In this document: positions 35,799-45,170 of the stretch, piece after piece | How positions within the stretch are numbered: the stretch's first letter is position 1 | Layout of the letters: the number at the start of each line of letters is the position of its first letter | From: an uncultured Bacteroidota bacterium | GTDB lineage: Bacteria > Bacteroidota > Bacteroidia > Bacteroidales > VadinHA17 | Assembly: GCA_937864815.1 (NCBI GenBank) | Contig: CALMJY010000329.1 | Coordinates: 1 to 61,354 of the forward strand | DNA length: 61,354 nucleotides | Direction of reading: 5' to 3' | Program-made: the position numbers and the translations under genes | The notes under the pieces: model-generated | What the model was told of the DNA's origin: nothing | The model's database searches: none | What the model saw: the letters and a program-made list of their open reading frames with translations, nothing else

Positions 35799-37643
35799 AT
35801 GGGTAGAAAAGCAGATGTTATAGTAAGAGAAGAGGTTGTAATCAGGTTCTCAGGTGATTCAGGGGACGGGATGCAGCTTACCGGTACGTTGTTTTCAGAT
35901 ACTGCAGCATTATTTGGAAATGATGTTTCAACCTTCCCTGACTACCCGGCTGAGATTCGTGCTCCACAAGGTTCTGTAGGTGGTGTTTCAGGTTTTACCG
36001 TACACCTTGGTCACTCGGAAGTTAATACTCCGGGTGATTTTTCAGATGTTCTCATTGCAATGAACCCGGCTGCTATCAGGGCAAATGCAGCCTGGGTAAA
36101 GGAGGGTGGAACTGTAATTTATGACCAGGATAATTTTACAGAAAAAAATATCGAGAAAGCAGGATATAAAACCGATCCGATAAAGGAAGAAAAACTTGAA
36201 TCATATAACATAATTGCTGCGCCTATTTCAACTCTTGTCAAAGAGGCTTTGAAAGATCTTGGACTTGATCCCAAGACAGTCCTCAGAACAAAGAATATGT
36301 TTGCTCTGGGAATGGTTTACTGGCTTTTTGACCGCTCACTTAATTATACAGAAGTATTTTTTGATAAGAAATTTAGTCATAAGCCTTCAATAGCTGAAGC
36401 TAACAAGATTGCTCTGAGGGCTGGCTATTATTATGCTGAAACTATAGAAGCACTGACTCCTGTATACAAAATTCTTCCTGCTCCTATAGCAAAGGGAACC
36501 TATCGTAATATCAATGGAAATCAGGCTACTGCATGGGGATTTATTGCTGCGGCAGAGAAGGCAGGGCTTAAGGCTTTTATCGGATCCTATCCTATTACAC
36601 CTGCAACAGGTATCCTCGAAGAGATGTCTGCACGAAAAGACCTGGGAGTGATCAGTTTTCAGGCAGAGGATGAGATTGCTGGTATATGCACTGCGATTGG
36701 TGCAAGCTTTGCCGGTAAACTTGCCATTACTACAACATCAGGACCGGGGCTTGCTCTTAAATCAGAGGCAATCGGACTGGCTGTAATGACTGAACTTCCG
36801 ATTGTTATAGTTGATGTTCAGCGGGGAGGCCCGTCAACCGGTCTGCCTACCAAAACTGAACAGGCTGACCTCCTTCAGGCTCTTTATGGCAGAAACGGAG
36901 AATGTCCGGTAGTTGTTATTGCAGCCAGTACTCCCACCGATTGTTTCGATTATGCATATGATGCAGCCAGAATGGCACTGGAACATATGACTCCCGTTCT
37001 GTTGCTGACCGATAGTTACCTTGCAAATGGAACAGAGCCCTGGAAGATTCCTGCAATGAAAGAACTACGTGAAATAAAACCAAGGTTTGCAAATAAAGAC
37101 GAACTCCCTTTTATCCCCTATAAACGTGATGAAGAGAGACTTGCACGTTCATGGGCAATTCCCGGTGTTCCTGGACTTCAGCACAGGATAGGAGGACTTG
37201 AGAAAAACACCCTTGGAAATGTCTCCTATCTTCCTGAAAACCATGAAAAGATGGTAAAAATCAGGGCTGAAAAGGTAGCCCGTGTTGTGAATGAGATTCC
37301 TGATCTTGAAGTGCAGGGAGATAAAAAAGGAGAACTTCTGCTTGTCGGCTGGGGAGGATCTTATGGTTTTATTATTACCGCATTCAGGGAACTTCTGGCA
37401 GAGGGGTATAATGTGAGTTTTGTAAATTTCAACTACATAAATCCTTTACCAGGTAATGTAAAAGAAGTTTTCCGCAGTTTCAAAAGGATAGTGGTTTGCG
37501 AGCTGAACCTGGGTCAGTTCGCTGATTATCTGAGGATGAAGCATCAGGAATTCACTTACCACCAGATTAACAAGGTTCAGGGAATTCCTTTTACCATCAA
37601 CGACATAAAAGAGAAATGCATTAAAATGCTGGAGGAAAAGTAA
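35799..37643 (+). CDS. korA: 2-oxoglutarate (2-oxoacid):ferredoxin oxidoreductase, alpha subunit
   Basis: 614 aa. N-terminal gamma-like domain fused to an alpha domain (GSYPITPAT, TTSGPGLALK) and adjacent to a TPP-binding beta subunit. Confidence 0.85.
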   Translation: MGRKADVIVREEVVIRFSGDSGDGMQLTGTLFSDTAALFGNDVSTFPDYPAEIRAPQGSVGGVSGFTVHLGHSEVNTPGDFSDVLIAMNPAAIRANAAWVKEGGTVIYDQDNFTEKNIEKAGYKTDPIKEEKLESYNIIAAPISTLVKEALKDLGLDPKTVLRTKNMFALGMVYWLFDRSLNYTEVFFDKKFSHKPSIAEANKIALRAGYYYAETIEALTPVYKILPAPIAKGTYRNINGNQATAWGFIAAAEKAGLKAFIGSYPITPATGILEEMSARKDLGVISFQAEDEIAGICTAIGASFAGKLAITTTSGPGLALKSEAIGLAVMTELPIVIVDVQRGGPSTGLPTKTEQADLLQALYGRNGECPVVVIAASTPTDCFDYAYDAARMALEHMTPVLLLTDSYLANGTEPWKIPAMKELREIKPRFANKDELPFIPYKRDEERLARSWAIPGVPGLQHRIGGLEKNTLGNVSYLPENHEKMVKIRAEKVARVVNEIPDLEVQGDKKGELLLVGWGGSYGFIITAFRELLAEGYNVSFVNFNYINPLPGNVKEVFRSFKRIVVCELNLGQFADYLRMKHQEFTYHQINKVQGIPFTINDIKEKCIKMLEEK

Positions 37644-37644
37644 T

Positions 37645-38664
37645 ATGGAAGAGACAGCTGTAAAATTTACCGCAAAGGATTTTAAAAGCGATCAGGAAGT
37701 AAGATGGTGTCCGGGTTGCGGCGATCATGCAGTTCTCAGCTCCGTTCAGAGAGCACTGGCTGAAATTGGAGTTCCAAAGGAAAAGATTGCCTTTGTCTCC
37801 GGCATTGGCTGTTCATCGCGGTTTCCATATTATATGGATACCTATGGATTTCACGGGATACATGGCCGTGCATCAGCAATTGCTTCCGGGGTAAAAACCG
37901 CTAATCCTGAACTTTCAGTATGGCAGATTACAGGTGACGGTGATGCACTGGCAATAGGGGGAAACCATTTTATTCATGCTGTAAGACGAAATGTTGATCT
38001 GAATCTGCTGCTCTTTAACAATGAGATATATGGCCTTACAAAGGGACAATTTTCTCCGACATCAGGCAAAGGACTTGTTACCAAAACATCTCCTTTCGGA
38101 ACTGTAGAGGAACCTTTCTCTGTAGGAGAACTGGTTATCGGTGCCAAAGGAAAGTTCTTTGCACGAACTGTCGATGCCAATATAGCTCTATCGACACAGA
38201 TTTATATAGAGGCTGCGCGACACAAGGGAACAAGTGTTGTGGAGATTCTGCAGAACTGTGTGATATTCAATGACGGGATTCATGATGAAGTAACAGGTAA
38301 GGAAGTCAGGGATGACAGGACAATTATTCTCAAACATGGTCAGCCAATGATATTCGGCAAGAATAATGACAAGGGACTGATTCTGGATGGACTTAAGCTT
38401 AAGGTTGTAAAAATAGGAGAGAACGGAATAACCGAAAAGGATCTTATTGTTCATGATGTAACAGAGCCAAATCCGGGAATTCAATACATGCTTGCAAACA
38501 TGAGATATCCGGAATATCCTGTTGCCCTGGGGATAATAAGGGCAGTCGAAGGACTAACCTATGATTCTTCGGTTCACAAACAGATTGAAAGCGTACAGGA
38601 AAAAGCAAAGATCAAATGTGTTGATGACCTGCTTTTGAGCGGTTCAACCTGGAATGTAGATTAG
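37645..38664 (+). CDS. korB: 2-oxoglutarate (2-oxoacid):ferredoxin oxidoreductase, beta subunit
   Basis: 339 aa. WCPGCGDH, TPP motif GDGD...GGNH, and NNEIYGLTKGQ. Confidence 0.88.
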   Translation: MEETAVKFTAKDFKSDQEVRWCPGCGDHAVLSSVQRALAEIGVPKEKIAFVSGIGCSSRFPYYMDTYGFHGIHGRASAIASGVKTANPELSVWQITGDGDALAIGGNHFIHAVRRNVDLNLLLFNNEIYGLTKGQFSPTSGKGLVTKTSPFGTVEEPFSVGELVIGAKGKFFARTVDANIALSTQIYIEAARHKGTSVVEILQNCVIFNDGIHDEVTGKEVRDDRTIILKHGQPMIFGKNNDKGLILDGLKLKVVKIGENGITEKDLIVHDVTEPNPGIQYMLANMRYPEYPVALGIIRAVEGLTYDSSVHKQIESVQEKAKIKCVDDLLLSGSTWNVD

Positions 38665-38800
38665 CTAAGTGTTTGTTTCAATCCTTGATGGATGCCAGCA
38701 TAAACTCCGGACCTGAATACAACCATCTTCTTCATGATCAGAAGGAGAGATTGAAGGAACTCGCAAGTGTTACTTCATTAAATAATTAATCGATCAGACT

Positions 38801-41770
38801 ATGACATTCATTGACGGTATACTGGATATCCAGAAATATGACTTTACCGACACTTCCTTTGATCTTCTCATGAATAAGAGGATTCATCGGGTACTTATAA
38901 TTTGCAGTAATTATGATAACTACATGCTTGAGGAAGATGGAAGGATCGATGAACAGATTTTCAATGAATATGCCTCTCTTAACCTGAGATATCCTCCCAC
39001 ATTTGTACAGACAGATAATGAAGAAGAGGCATTCAAAATTCTGAGTGAAGGTAATATTGACCTTGTGATTTCCATGCTCAGCCTCAAAGGATCTGATGTC
39101 TTTGGTCTGGCCAAACGAATAAAGGGAAAATATGACAAGATCCCCATCGTGGTACTGACATATTTTTCGCGGGAGGTATCATTGAGGCTGGAAGGTGAAG
39201 ACCTCAGTGCGATTGACTATGTTTTCTGCTGGCTTGGAGATGCATCGCTTATATTAGCGATAATAAAACTGATTGAAGACAAGATGAATGCTGAAAACGA
39301 TATTGAAAATATTGGTGTCCAGGCTATTATCCTTGTTGAGAATTCGATCAGGTATATCTCGCTTTATCTCCCGAACATTTACAGGATCATTCTGATGCAG
39401 TCGCTCGATTTTCAGAGGGAAGCACTAAATGAACACCAGAGAATGCTCAAAATGAGAGGTCGTCCAAAAATCCTCCTCGCCAGTAATTTTAATGATGCAC
39501 TGGCACTTTACAACAAGTATAAATACAATGTGCTTGGAGTCATCTCCGATATAAGTTACAAGAGGGATGGTGTGCAGGATGAGTATGCAGGTATTGAGCT
39601 GTGTAAAGTGGTGATGGCCGACGATGATAAGGTCCCTTTCCTGCTTCAGTCTTCAAATATTTCACATAAGAAGGCGGCCGAGGAGATGGGTGCAGGATTT
39701 ATCAATAAATATTCCAAATCTCTCTCTCTCGAGCTTCGCAACTTTATCATCCAGAACCTTGCTTTCGGCCCTTTTGTTTTCAGGAACCCTGAAACAATGG
39801 AACCATTAGCAATTGCAACAGATCTTCAGAGTCTTCAGCAAAAGATTTTGACAATTCCCGATAACTCACTTGAGTATCATGCTTCGAGGAACCATTTTTC
39901 AAAATGGCTGAATGCCAGGGCATTATTTCCTGTTGCCCAGATGTTTAAATACATACGGAAGGAAGATTTTGAAACAATGGATGAGATGAGGAGGTTCCTG
40001 TATGTTGCTATCTCAAGTTTCAGACTTGGCAAAGGCAGGGGGGTGATTGCAAAGTTTGACAAGTCAAGTTTTGATGAGTATCAGATTTTCTCGCGTATCG
40101 GAGAGGGTTCAATTGGAGGAAAAGCAAGGGGACTTGCCTTCATCAACCGGATAATTAAGCACAACAAGCTTTTCAATAAATTCCCCGATGTCATTATCAC
40201 GATTCCAAGGACCGTTGTTCTGAGCACAGATATTTTTGACGAGTTCATGGAGCAGAATAACCTGTATTCAGTTGCCCTTTCTGAACTTTCAGATGACGAG
40301 ATACTTAAAAGGTTTCTGTATGCTGAACTTCCGGGTCATGTTTACCAGGATTTTTATGCTTTCCTTGCTGTCTCCAGGAACTTTCCAATAGCTGTCCGTT
40401 CTTCGAGCAAACTTGAAGATTCACATTATCAGCCGTTTGCAGGTATTTATTCAACCTATATGATCCCGCGCCTTGCCGACAATAAGATGATGGTAAAAAT
40501 GTTGTCGGATGCCATAAAGGAAGTTTATGCATCGGTTTATTACAAAAGCAGCAAGGCTTACATGACAGCAACTGCAAATGTGATAGATGAAGAAAAGATG
40601 GGTATAGTATTACAGGAGGTGTGTGGTACCCGTCATGGCGATATTTATTACCCGACTTTATCGGGAGTTGCCCGGTCAATTAATTATTACCCGATAGGTT
40701 CGGAGAAGGCCACAGATGGTATTGTTAATATGGCTTTTGGCTTGGGAAAACTGATTGTTGAAGGTGGTTTATCTCTGCGGTTTTCACCTAAATATCCTAA
40801 AAAGATACTTCAGCTTTCATCACCCGAAACTGCACTTCGTGATTCACAAAAGGTATTCTGTGCACTTGATCTCAATTTAAGCAGCTTTGTACCATCTACT
40901 GATGATGGAATTAATATTCTTAAGATCGATATTAAGGATGCGAATAATGATTCGGCAATGAAGCATGTGGCATCCACATACGACAGGGTTAACCATGTCC
41001 TTCGTGATGGGATTACTCATCCGGGCAAGCGGATAATAACATTTGCAAATATTCTTCAGCACAAAACATTTCCTCTTGCCGAGATACTCAGCACACTTCT
41101 TGAACTGGGCCAGAAGGAGATGAATAATCCTGTGGAGATAGAGTTTGCCGCCAACCTTGAGACACCTCCCGGAACTCCAAAGATATTCAGTTTCCTCCAG
41201 ATCAGGCCGATTGTACATACAGAAGAGACTCTGAATATTAACCTCGGTAATATAAAAGCTGAAAATACAATTGTCTATTCCGATTCGGCCTTAGGGAATG
41301 GGATATTTAAAGGGATATATGATCTGGTTTATATCAGACCCGAATCATTCAATGCAGCAAATAACAAAAATATTGCAATTGAAATTGAGAATCTGAATAC
41401 TCAATTTGTTAAACAGGGAACAGGTTATGTACTGATAGGTCCAGGAAGATGGGGATCTTCCGATCCATGGCTGGGAATACCGGTAATATGGCCACAGATT
41501 TCAGCAGCCAGGATAATTATTGAATCGGGACTTAAGAATTACCGTATAGATCCCAGCCAGGGAACACACTTCTTCCAGAACCTTACTTCATTCCGCGTCG
41601 GATATTTTACAATAAATCCTTTTATTAAAGAGGGTTCATATGATGTGGATTTTCTCAATTCCCTTGAAGCAGTTTATGAAAACACAAGCCTCAGGCATGT
41701 CAGGTTTGAAAACCCGCTGGAAATAATGATAGACGGTAGAAAGCATAAGGGGGTGATATTGAAACCATGA
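38801..41770 (+). CDS. Pseudo-receiver/receiver + PEP/pyruvate-binding (PPDK_N, ATP-grasp-like) multidomain protein
   Basis: 989 aa. REC-like fold 1 lacks the acceptor Asp (DLVISMLSL). REC-like fold 2 retains it (VLGVISDISY...PFLLQSS...GAGFINK). The PPDK_N-type segment has GGKARGLAF ... VRSSSKLEDS... The conserved C-terminal block is GPGRWGSSDPWLGIPV...DPSQGTHFFQN. Confidence 0.7.
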   Translation: MTFIDGILDIQKYDFTDTSFDLLMNKRIHRVLIICSNYDNYMLEEDGRIDEQIFNEYASLNLRYPPTFVQTDNEEEAFKILSEGNIDLVISMLSLKGSDVFGLAKRIKGKYDKIPIVVLTYFSREVSLRLEGEDLSAIDYVFCWLGDASLILAIIKLIEDKMNAENDIENIGVQAIILVENSIRYISLYLPNIYRIILMQSLDFQREALNEHQRMLKMRGRPKILLASNFNDALALYNKYKYNVLGVISDISYKRDGVQDEYAGIELCKVVMADDDKVPFLLQSSNISHKKAAEEMGAGFINKYSKSLSLELRNFIIQNLAFGPFVFRNPETMEPLAIATDLQSLQQKILTIPDNSLEYHASRNHFSKWLNARALFPVAQMFKYIRKEDFETMDEMRRFLYVAISSFRLGKGRGVIAKFDKSSFDEYQIFSRIGEGSIGGKARGLAFINRIIKHNKLFNKFPDVIITIPRTVVLSTDIFDEFMEQNNLYSVALSELSDDEILKRFLYAELPGHVYQDFYAFLAVSRNFPIAVRSSSKLEDSHYQPFAGIYSTYMIPRLADNKMMVKMLSDAIKEVYASVYYKSSKAYMTATANVIDEEKMGIVLQEVCGTRHGDIYYPTLSGVARSINYYPIGSEKATDGIVNMAFGLGKLIVEGGLSLRFSPKYPKKILQLSSPETALRDSQKVFCALDLNLSSFVPSTDDGINILKIDIKDANNDSAMKHVASTYDRVNHVLRDGITHPGKRIITFANILQHKTFPLAEILSTLLELGQKEMNNPVEIEFAANLETPPGTPKIFSFLQIRPIVHTEETLNINLGNIKAENTIVYSDSALGNGIFKGIYDLVYIRPESFNAANNKNIAIEIENLNTQFVKQGTGYVLIGPGRWGSSDPWLGIPVIWPQISAARIIIESGLKNYRIDPSQGTHFFQNLTSFRVGYFTINPFIKEGSYDVDFLNSLEAVYENTSLRHVRFENPLEIMIDGRKHKGVILKP

Positions 41771-41776
41771 TTAGTA

Positions 41777-41920
41777 GATTTTACCCCCAAACCGCCCAAG
41801 GGAGGCTTAATAAAGTTGCAGGATATCAATAAGTCCCCCCTTCGCCTTCGCATAGCCGCTTCGGCGGAACAAGGCTGGGGGATTTAGGGGTGATGTAGAA
41901 AATGAGGCTTTTGAAACAAA
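41777..41920 (+). repeat. GC-hairpin intergenic repeat, copy B
   Basis: gattttacccccaaaccgcccaagggaggctt... then caataagt-[cccccc ... ggggg]-atttagggg. The second hairpin is enlarged by a nested insertion (gcctt...ccgc ttcg gcgg...aaggc). The copy starts 7 nt after the stop codon at 41768-41770. Confidence 0.75.
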
Positions 41921-41955
41921 CTAAGCATATTACGGATTACTAATAATTTTATAAT

Positions 41956-42360
41956 ATGGAAACAACAAGAACAAAATACCTTGGAGACCTGAGGACTGAG
42001 ATGCTTCATGTAAGGTCAGGTAAGGTGATAATTACCGATGCACCTGTTGATAACAAAGGAAAAGGTGAGTATTTTTCACCAACAGATCTGGTTGCATCTG
42101 CACTCGGAAGCTGCATCTTGACCATAATGGGCATTGCTGCCAGGGAACATGGGTTTTCCATAGATGGATCTTCATGCAGCATAACTAAAATCATGACTGA
42201 TGCTCCGCGTAAAATCGGAGAAATAAAAATTGAATTTGACCTCAGCAGTAACAGCTTTTCTGATAAACAAAAGAAAATACTTGAATACTGTGTTAAGACA
42301 TGTCCTGTTGCACTTTCTTTAAACGAATCAGTAATTCAGAATGTTACACTGAAGTTCTGA
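41956..42360 (+). CDS. OsmC family peroxiredoxin-like protein
   Basis: 134 aa with the two conserved Cys contexts (ALGSCILT and VKTCPV). Confidence 0.8.
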   Translation: METTRTKYLGDLRTEMLHVRSGKVIITDAPVDNKGKGEYFSPTDLVASALGSCILTIMGIAAREHGFSIDGSSCSITKIMTDAPRKIGEIKIEFDLSSNSFSDKQKKILEYCVKTCPVALSLNESVIQNVTLKF

Positions 42361-42406
42361 CTAGTTTGTAATTGATTTCATGCAGGACACAAGACTCGCA
42401 TGACAA

Positions 42407-43288
42407 CTAATATACAGCACCTTCCGTTACCGAATCTTTGTTTATTTTCTTAATAAGTCCCTGAAGAACATTTCCCGGGCCAACTTCCACAAATGAAGTG
42501 GCACCTCCTGCTGTCATGTTAATAACACTTTGTGTCCAGCGGACAGGTGAGGTCAGCTGAAGCACCAGATTTGATCTGATCTCATCCGGATTTGTTGATG
42601 GTTTGGCGCTGAAATTCTGATAGACAGGACATATAGGGTTATTGAAAAATGTACTCCTTATTGCTTCCTCCAGTTCAACTCTTGCAGGTTCCATTACAGG
42701 TGAATGGAATGCTCCGCCAACTGCCAGCTTGAGTGCTCTTTTTGCCCCCTTTGTCTTCAGCACCTCAATTGCCTTGTCAATGCCTTCATTCGATCCGGAG
42801 ATTACTATTTGTCCAGGACTGTTATAGTTAGCAGGTACAACCACTTCACTTATTTCTGCACAAACTTCCTCTACAATCTTATCATCCAGGCCAAGAATTG
42901 CAGCCATTGTTGAAGGAGTCATTTCGCAGGCTTTCTGCATAGCAAGGGCTCTTTTGGAAACCAGCCTCAGGCCATCTTCAAATGAAAGGGTTTTATTGGC
43001 AACCAGGGCCGAGAATTCTCCCAGGGAGTGACCTGCTACCATATCAGGTCTGAAAGAATCGCCCAGAACAGATGCAAGAATGGCAGAATGCAGGAAAATG
43101 GCAGGCTGGGTAACCTTTGTTTGTTTGAGGTCCTCCTCAGTTCCATTGAACATAAGATCAGTAATCCTGAATCCAAGAGTTTTATTTGCCAGTTCGAACA
43201 TATCGGCAGCTAAAGCTGACTTCTCATAAAGATTCTTGCCCATACCCGGAAACTGGGCGCCCTGACCGGGAAATACATAAGCTTTCAT
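42407..43288 (-). CDS. fabD: Malonyl-CoA:ACP transacylase
   Basis: 293 aa. FPGQGAQ, GHSLGE and GAFHSP. Confidence 0.92.
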   Translation of the reverse strand: MKAYVFPGQGAQFPGMGKNLYEKSALAADMFELANKTLGFRITDLMFNGTEEDLKQTKVTQPAIFLHSAILASVLGDSFRPDMVAGHSLGEFSALVANKTLSFEDGLRLVSKRALAMQKACEMTPSTMAAILGLDDKIVEEVCAEISEVVVPANYNSPGQIVISGSNEGIDKAIEVLKTKGAKRALKLAVGGAFHSPVMEPARVELEEAIRSTFFNNPICPVYQNFSAKPSTNPDEIRSNLVLQLTSPVRWTQSVINMTAGGATSFVEVGPGNVLQGLIKKINKDSVTEGAVY

Positions 43289-43332
43289 AATTTTAGTAAT
43301 GAATATAGTTTGAATTGATATGTCAATGGTTT

Positions 43333-43980
43333 TTAATGAAGTTTGGTTCCTATAAGATGAACAAACTCTTCACGCGTGTTCAGATGCTCCAGGAATATCC
43401 CGGTAAAAGCGGAAGTGGTTGTGACAGAATTTTGTTTCTGTACACCCCTTATCTGCATGCACATATGCTGGGCTTCAATAACGACAGCTACACCCAGGGG
43501 CTTCAGGGTATCATGAATACAGTTCCTGATCTGGGTTGTAAGCCGTTCCTGTACCTGGAGCCTTCTTGAAAATGCTTCTACAACCCTTGCAATTTTGCTT
43601 AAACCGGTGATATAGCCATCGGGGATATATGCAACATGTGCTTTTCCGAAGAAAGGAAGCATATGATGTTCGCACATTGAGTAAATATCTATATCCTTCA
43701 CAATAACCATCTGTTTGTATTCTTCCCTGAACATTGCCGATTTAAGTATCTCTTCAGCATTCATATTATAACCCATCGTAAGAAAATTCATTGCTTTGGC
43801 CACTCTTACAGGTGTTCTCAGCAAACCTTCCCTGTCCGGATCTTCACCGATCAGTTCCAATACCCTCCGGTATATGGTAGCCAGCTCCTCAATATTCTCA
43901 GAATTCCATGTCTCTATCCTATTGTAACCGCCAGGTACCATACCTGAACCATCATTTACTTTTTCGATTTTATCAGCCAT
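43333..43980 (-). CDS. folE: GTP cyclohydrolase I
   Basis: 215 aa. [10 protein letters not shown], and QVQERLT. Confidence 0.92.
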   Translation of the reverse strand: MADKIEKVNDGSGMVPGGYNRIETWNSENIEELATIYRRVLELIGEDPDREGLLRTPVRVAKAMNFLTMGYNMNAEEILKSAMFREEYKQMVIVKDIDIYSMCEHHMLPFFGKAHVAYIPDGYITGLSKIARVVEAFSRRLQVQERLTTQIRNCIHDTLKPLGVAVVIEAQHMCMQIRGVQKQNSVTTTSAFTGIFLEHLNTREEFVHLIGTKLH

Positions 43981-44395
43981 AGTACTCTATTGAATTATTT
44001 TCGGTTTCAGCAATTTTTACACAATGAAGGAAAGCACCTTCTGTTTCAATATGTGGTTTCAGTTCATTCCATATTGCAACTGCAAGGTTTTCGGTAGTGG
44101 CAATTTTACCTTTCATGAAATCCACATCAAGATTAATATTCCTGTGGTCGAGTTTTTCTATAATCCTCGACTGTATTATCTGTTTGAGTGTGTTTATATT
44201 GATAACAAAGCCATGCTCGTCTGATATATTACCCTTGACAGTTATCCAAAGTATGTAATTGTGTCCATGCCAGTTGGGATTTGAACATTTCCCGAAGACC
44301 TTGCTGTTCCGGTCATCAGACCAGTCTTCTCTGAACATCCTGTGTGCAGCACAGAATCTTTCCCTGCGTGTAAGATAAATCATTCTGCAGTACAT
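43973..44395 (-). CDS. queD: 6-carboxy-5,6,7,8-tetrahydropterin synthase / 6-pyruvoyl-tetrahydropterin synthase family
   Basis: 140 aa. FCAAHR, and HGHNY. It overlaps the folE start by 8 nt. Confidence 0.85.
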   Translation of the reverse strand: MYCRMIYLTRRERFCAAHRMFREDWSDDRNSKVFGKCSNPNWHGHNYILWITVKGNISDEHGFVININTLKQIIQSRIIEKLDHRNINLDVDFMKGKIATTENLAVAIWNELKPHIETEGAFLHCVKIAETENNSIEYYG

Positions 44396-44416
44396 TTATA
44401 ATGCAATATTAACTAT

Positions 44417-44424
44417 TAATTTTG
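44417..44424 (+). promoter_or_regulatory. -7 promoter box (TAnnTTTG) for mqnB-mqnD
   Basis: taattttg, 62 nt upstream of the ATG at 44486. Confidence 0.35.
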
Positions 44425-44485
44425 ATCTTTGTGACCGGTAAAAGCAATATATTTAGAGTACTATAAAGCTATCAAAGTACCTCCG

Positions 44486-45169
44486 ATGTCATTAAAAATA
44501 CTGTTAATAACGAGCACGGACAGAGAAGCTGATGCCTTAAGAAAAACAAAAGGCATTATCATGACGAACGATAATTACCGTTTTGGATCACTTGATATTG
44601 AGCTTCTTATCGGCGGTGTTGGCATTATGTCAACCGCATGGACATTATCAAAATGGTTATTTGTAAATGAAAAGCCTGACCTTGCCATGAATTTCGGGAT
44701 TGCAGGAAGTTACCTTGATCAATTTCCGGTCGGGTGTGTTGTAATGCCTGTCTCCGACTGCTTTGCAGACGCAGGTATAGAGGACGGTGATAATTATTTT
44801 ACTCTCTTTGAGGCCGGTCTTTCACAAAAAGATGAATTTCCATTCACTGATGGAGTAATAAGGTCACCAAACAGTTATTGTGAGAAACTTCAGGATCTGT
44901 TGAACCCGGTTAATGCTCTAACTGTTAATACTTCAACAGGATCAGAAAGAACAAAACAAAGACTTTCAGAAAAGTTTAATCCTGCTATTGAGACAATGGA
45001 GGGTGCAGCTTTCTTTTATATATGTGCAAAGGAGAATATACCTTTCGTTGCCCTAAGGTCGGTATCCAATATGGTTGAAAGGCGTGCCAGGGAAAAATGG
45101 AATATTCCCCTGGCAATTGAGAATATGGCTGTTACACTTGAGGCAGTCTTTAAAAAACTTGATAAGTAG
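44486..45169 (+). CDS. mqnB: Futalosine hydrolase (nucleosidase family)
   Basis: 227 aa. PNP/UDP-type fold, ETMEGAAFFYIC ... LRSVSNMV, and directly coupled to mqnD. Confidence 0.75.
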   Translation: MSLKILLITSTDREADALRKTKGIIMTNDNYRFGSLDIELLIGGVGIMSTAWTLSKWLFVNEKPDLAMNFGIAGSYLDQFPVGCVVMPVSDCFADAGIEDGDNYFTLFEAGLSQKDEFPFTDGVIRSPNSYCEKLQDLLNPVNALTVNTSTGSERTKQRLSEKFNPAIETMEGAAFFYICAKENIPFVALRSVSNMVERRAREKWNIPLAIENMAVTLEAVFKKLDK

Positions 45170-45170
45170 T

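Noticed and set aside
45075-45170. Longer N-terminal extension of mqnD (ORF-track start at 45075).
   Set aside because: The extension lies wholly inside mqnB in another frame. The conserved MqnD N-terminus MKLTLGFSPCPNDTF begins at the ATG at 45171, 2 nt after the mqnB stop.
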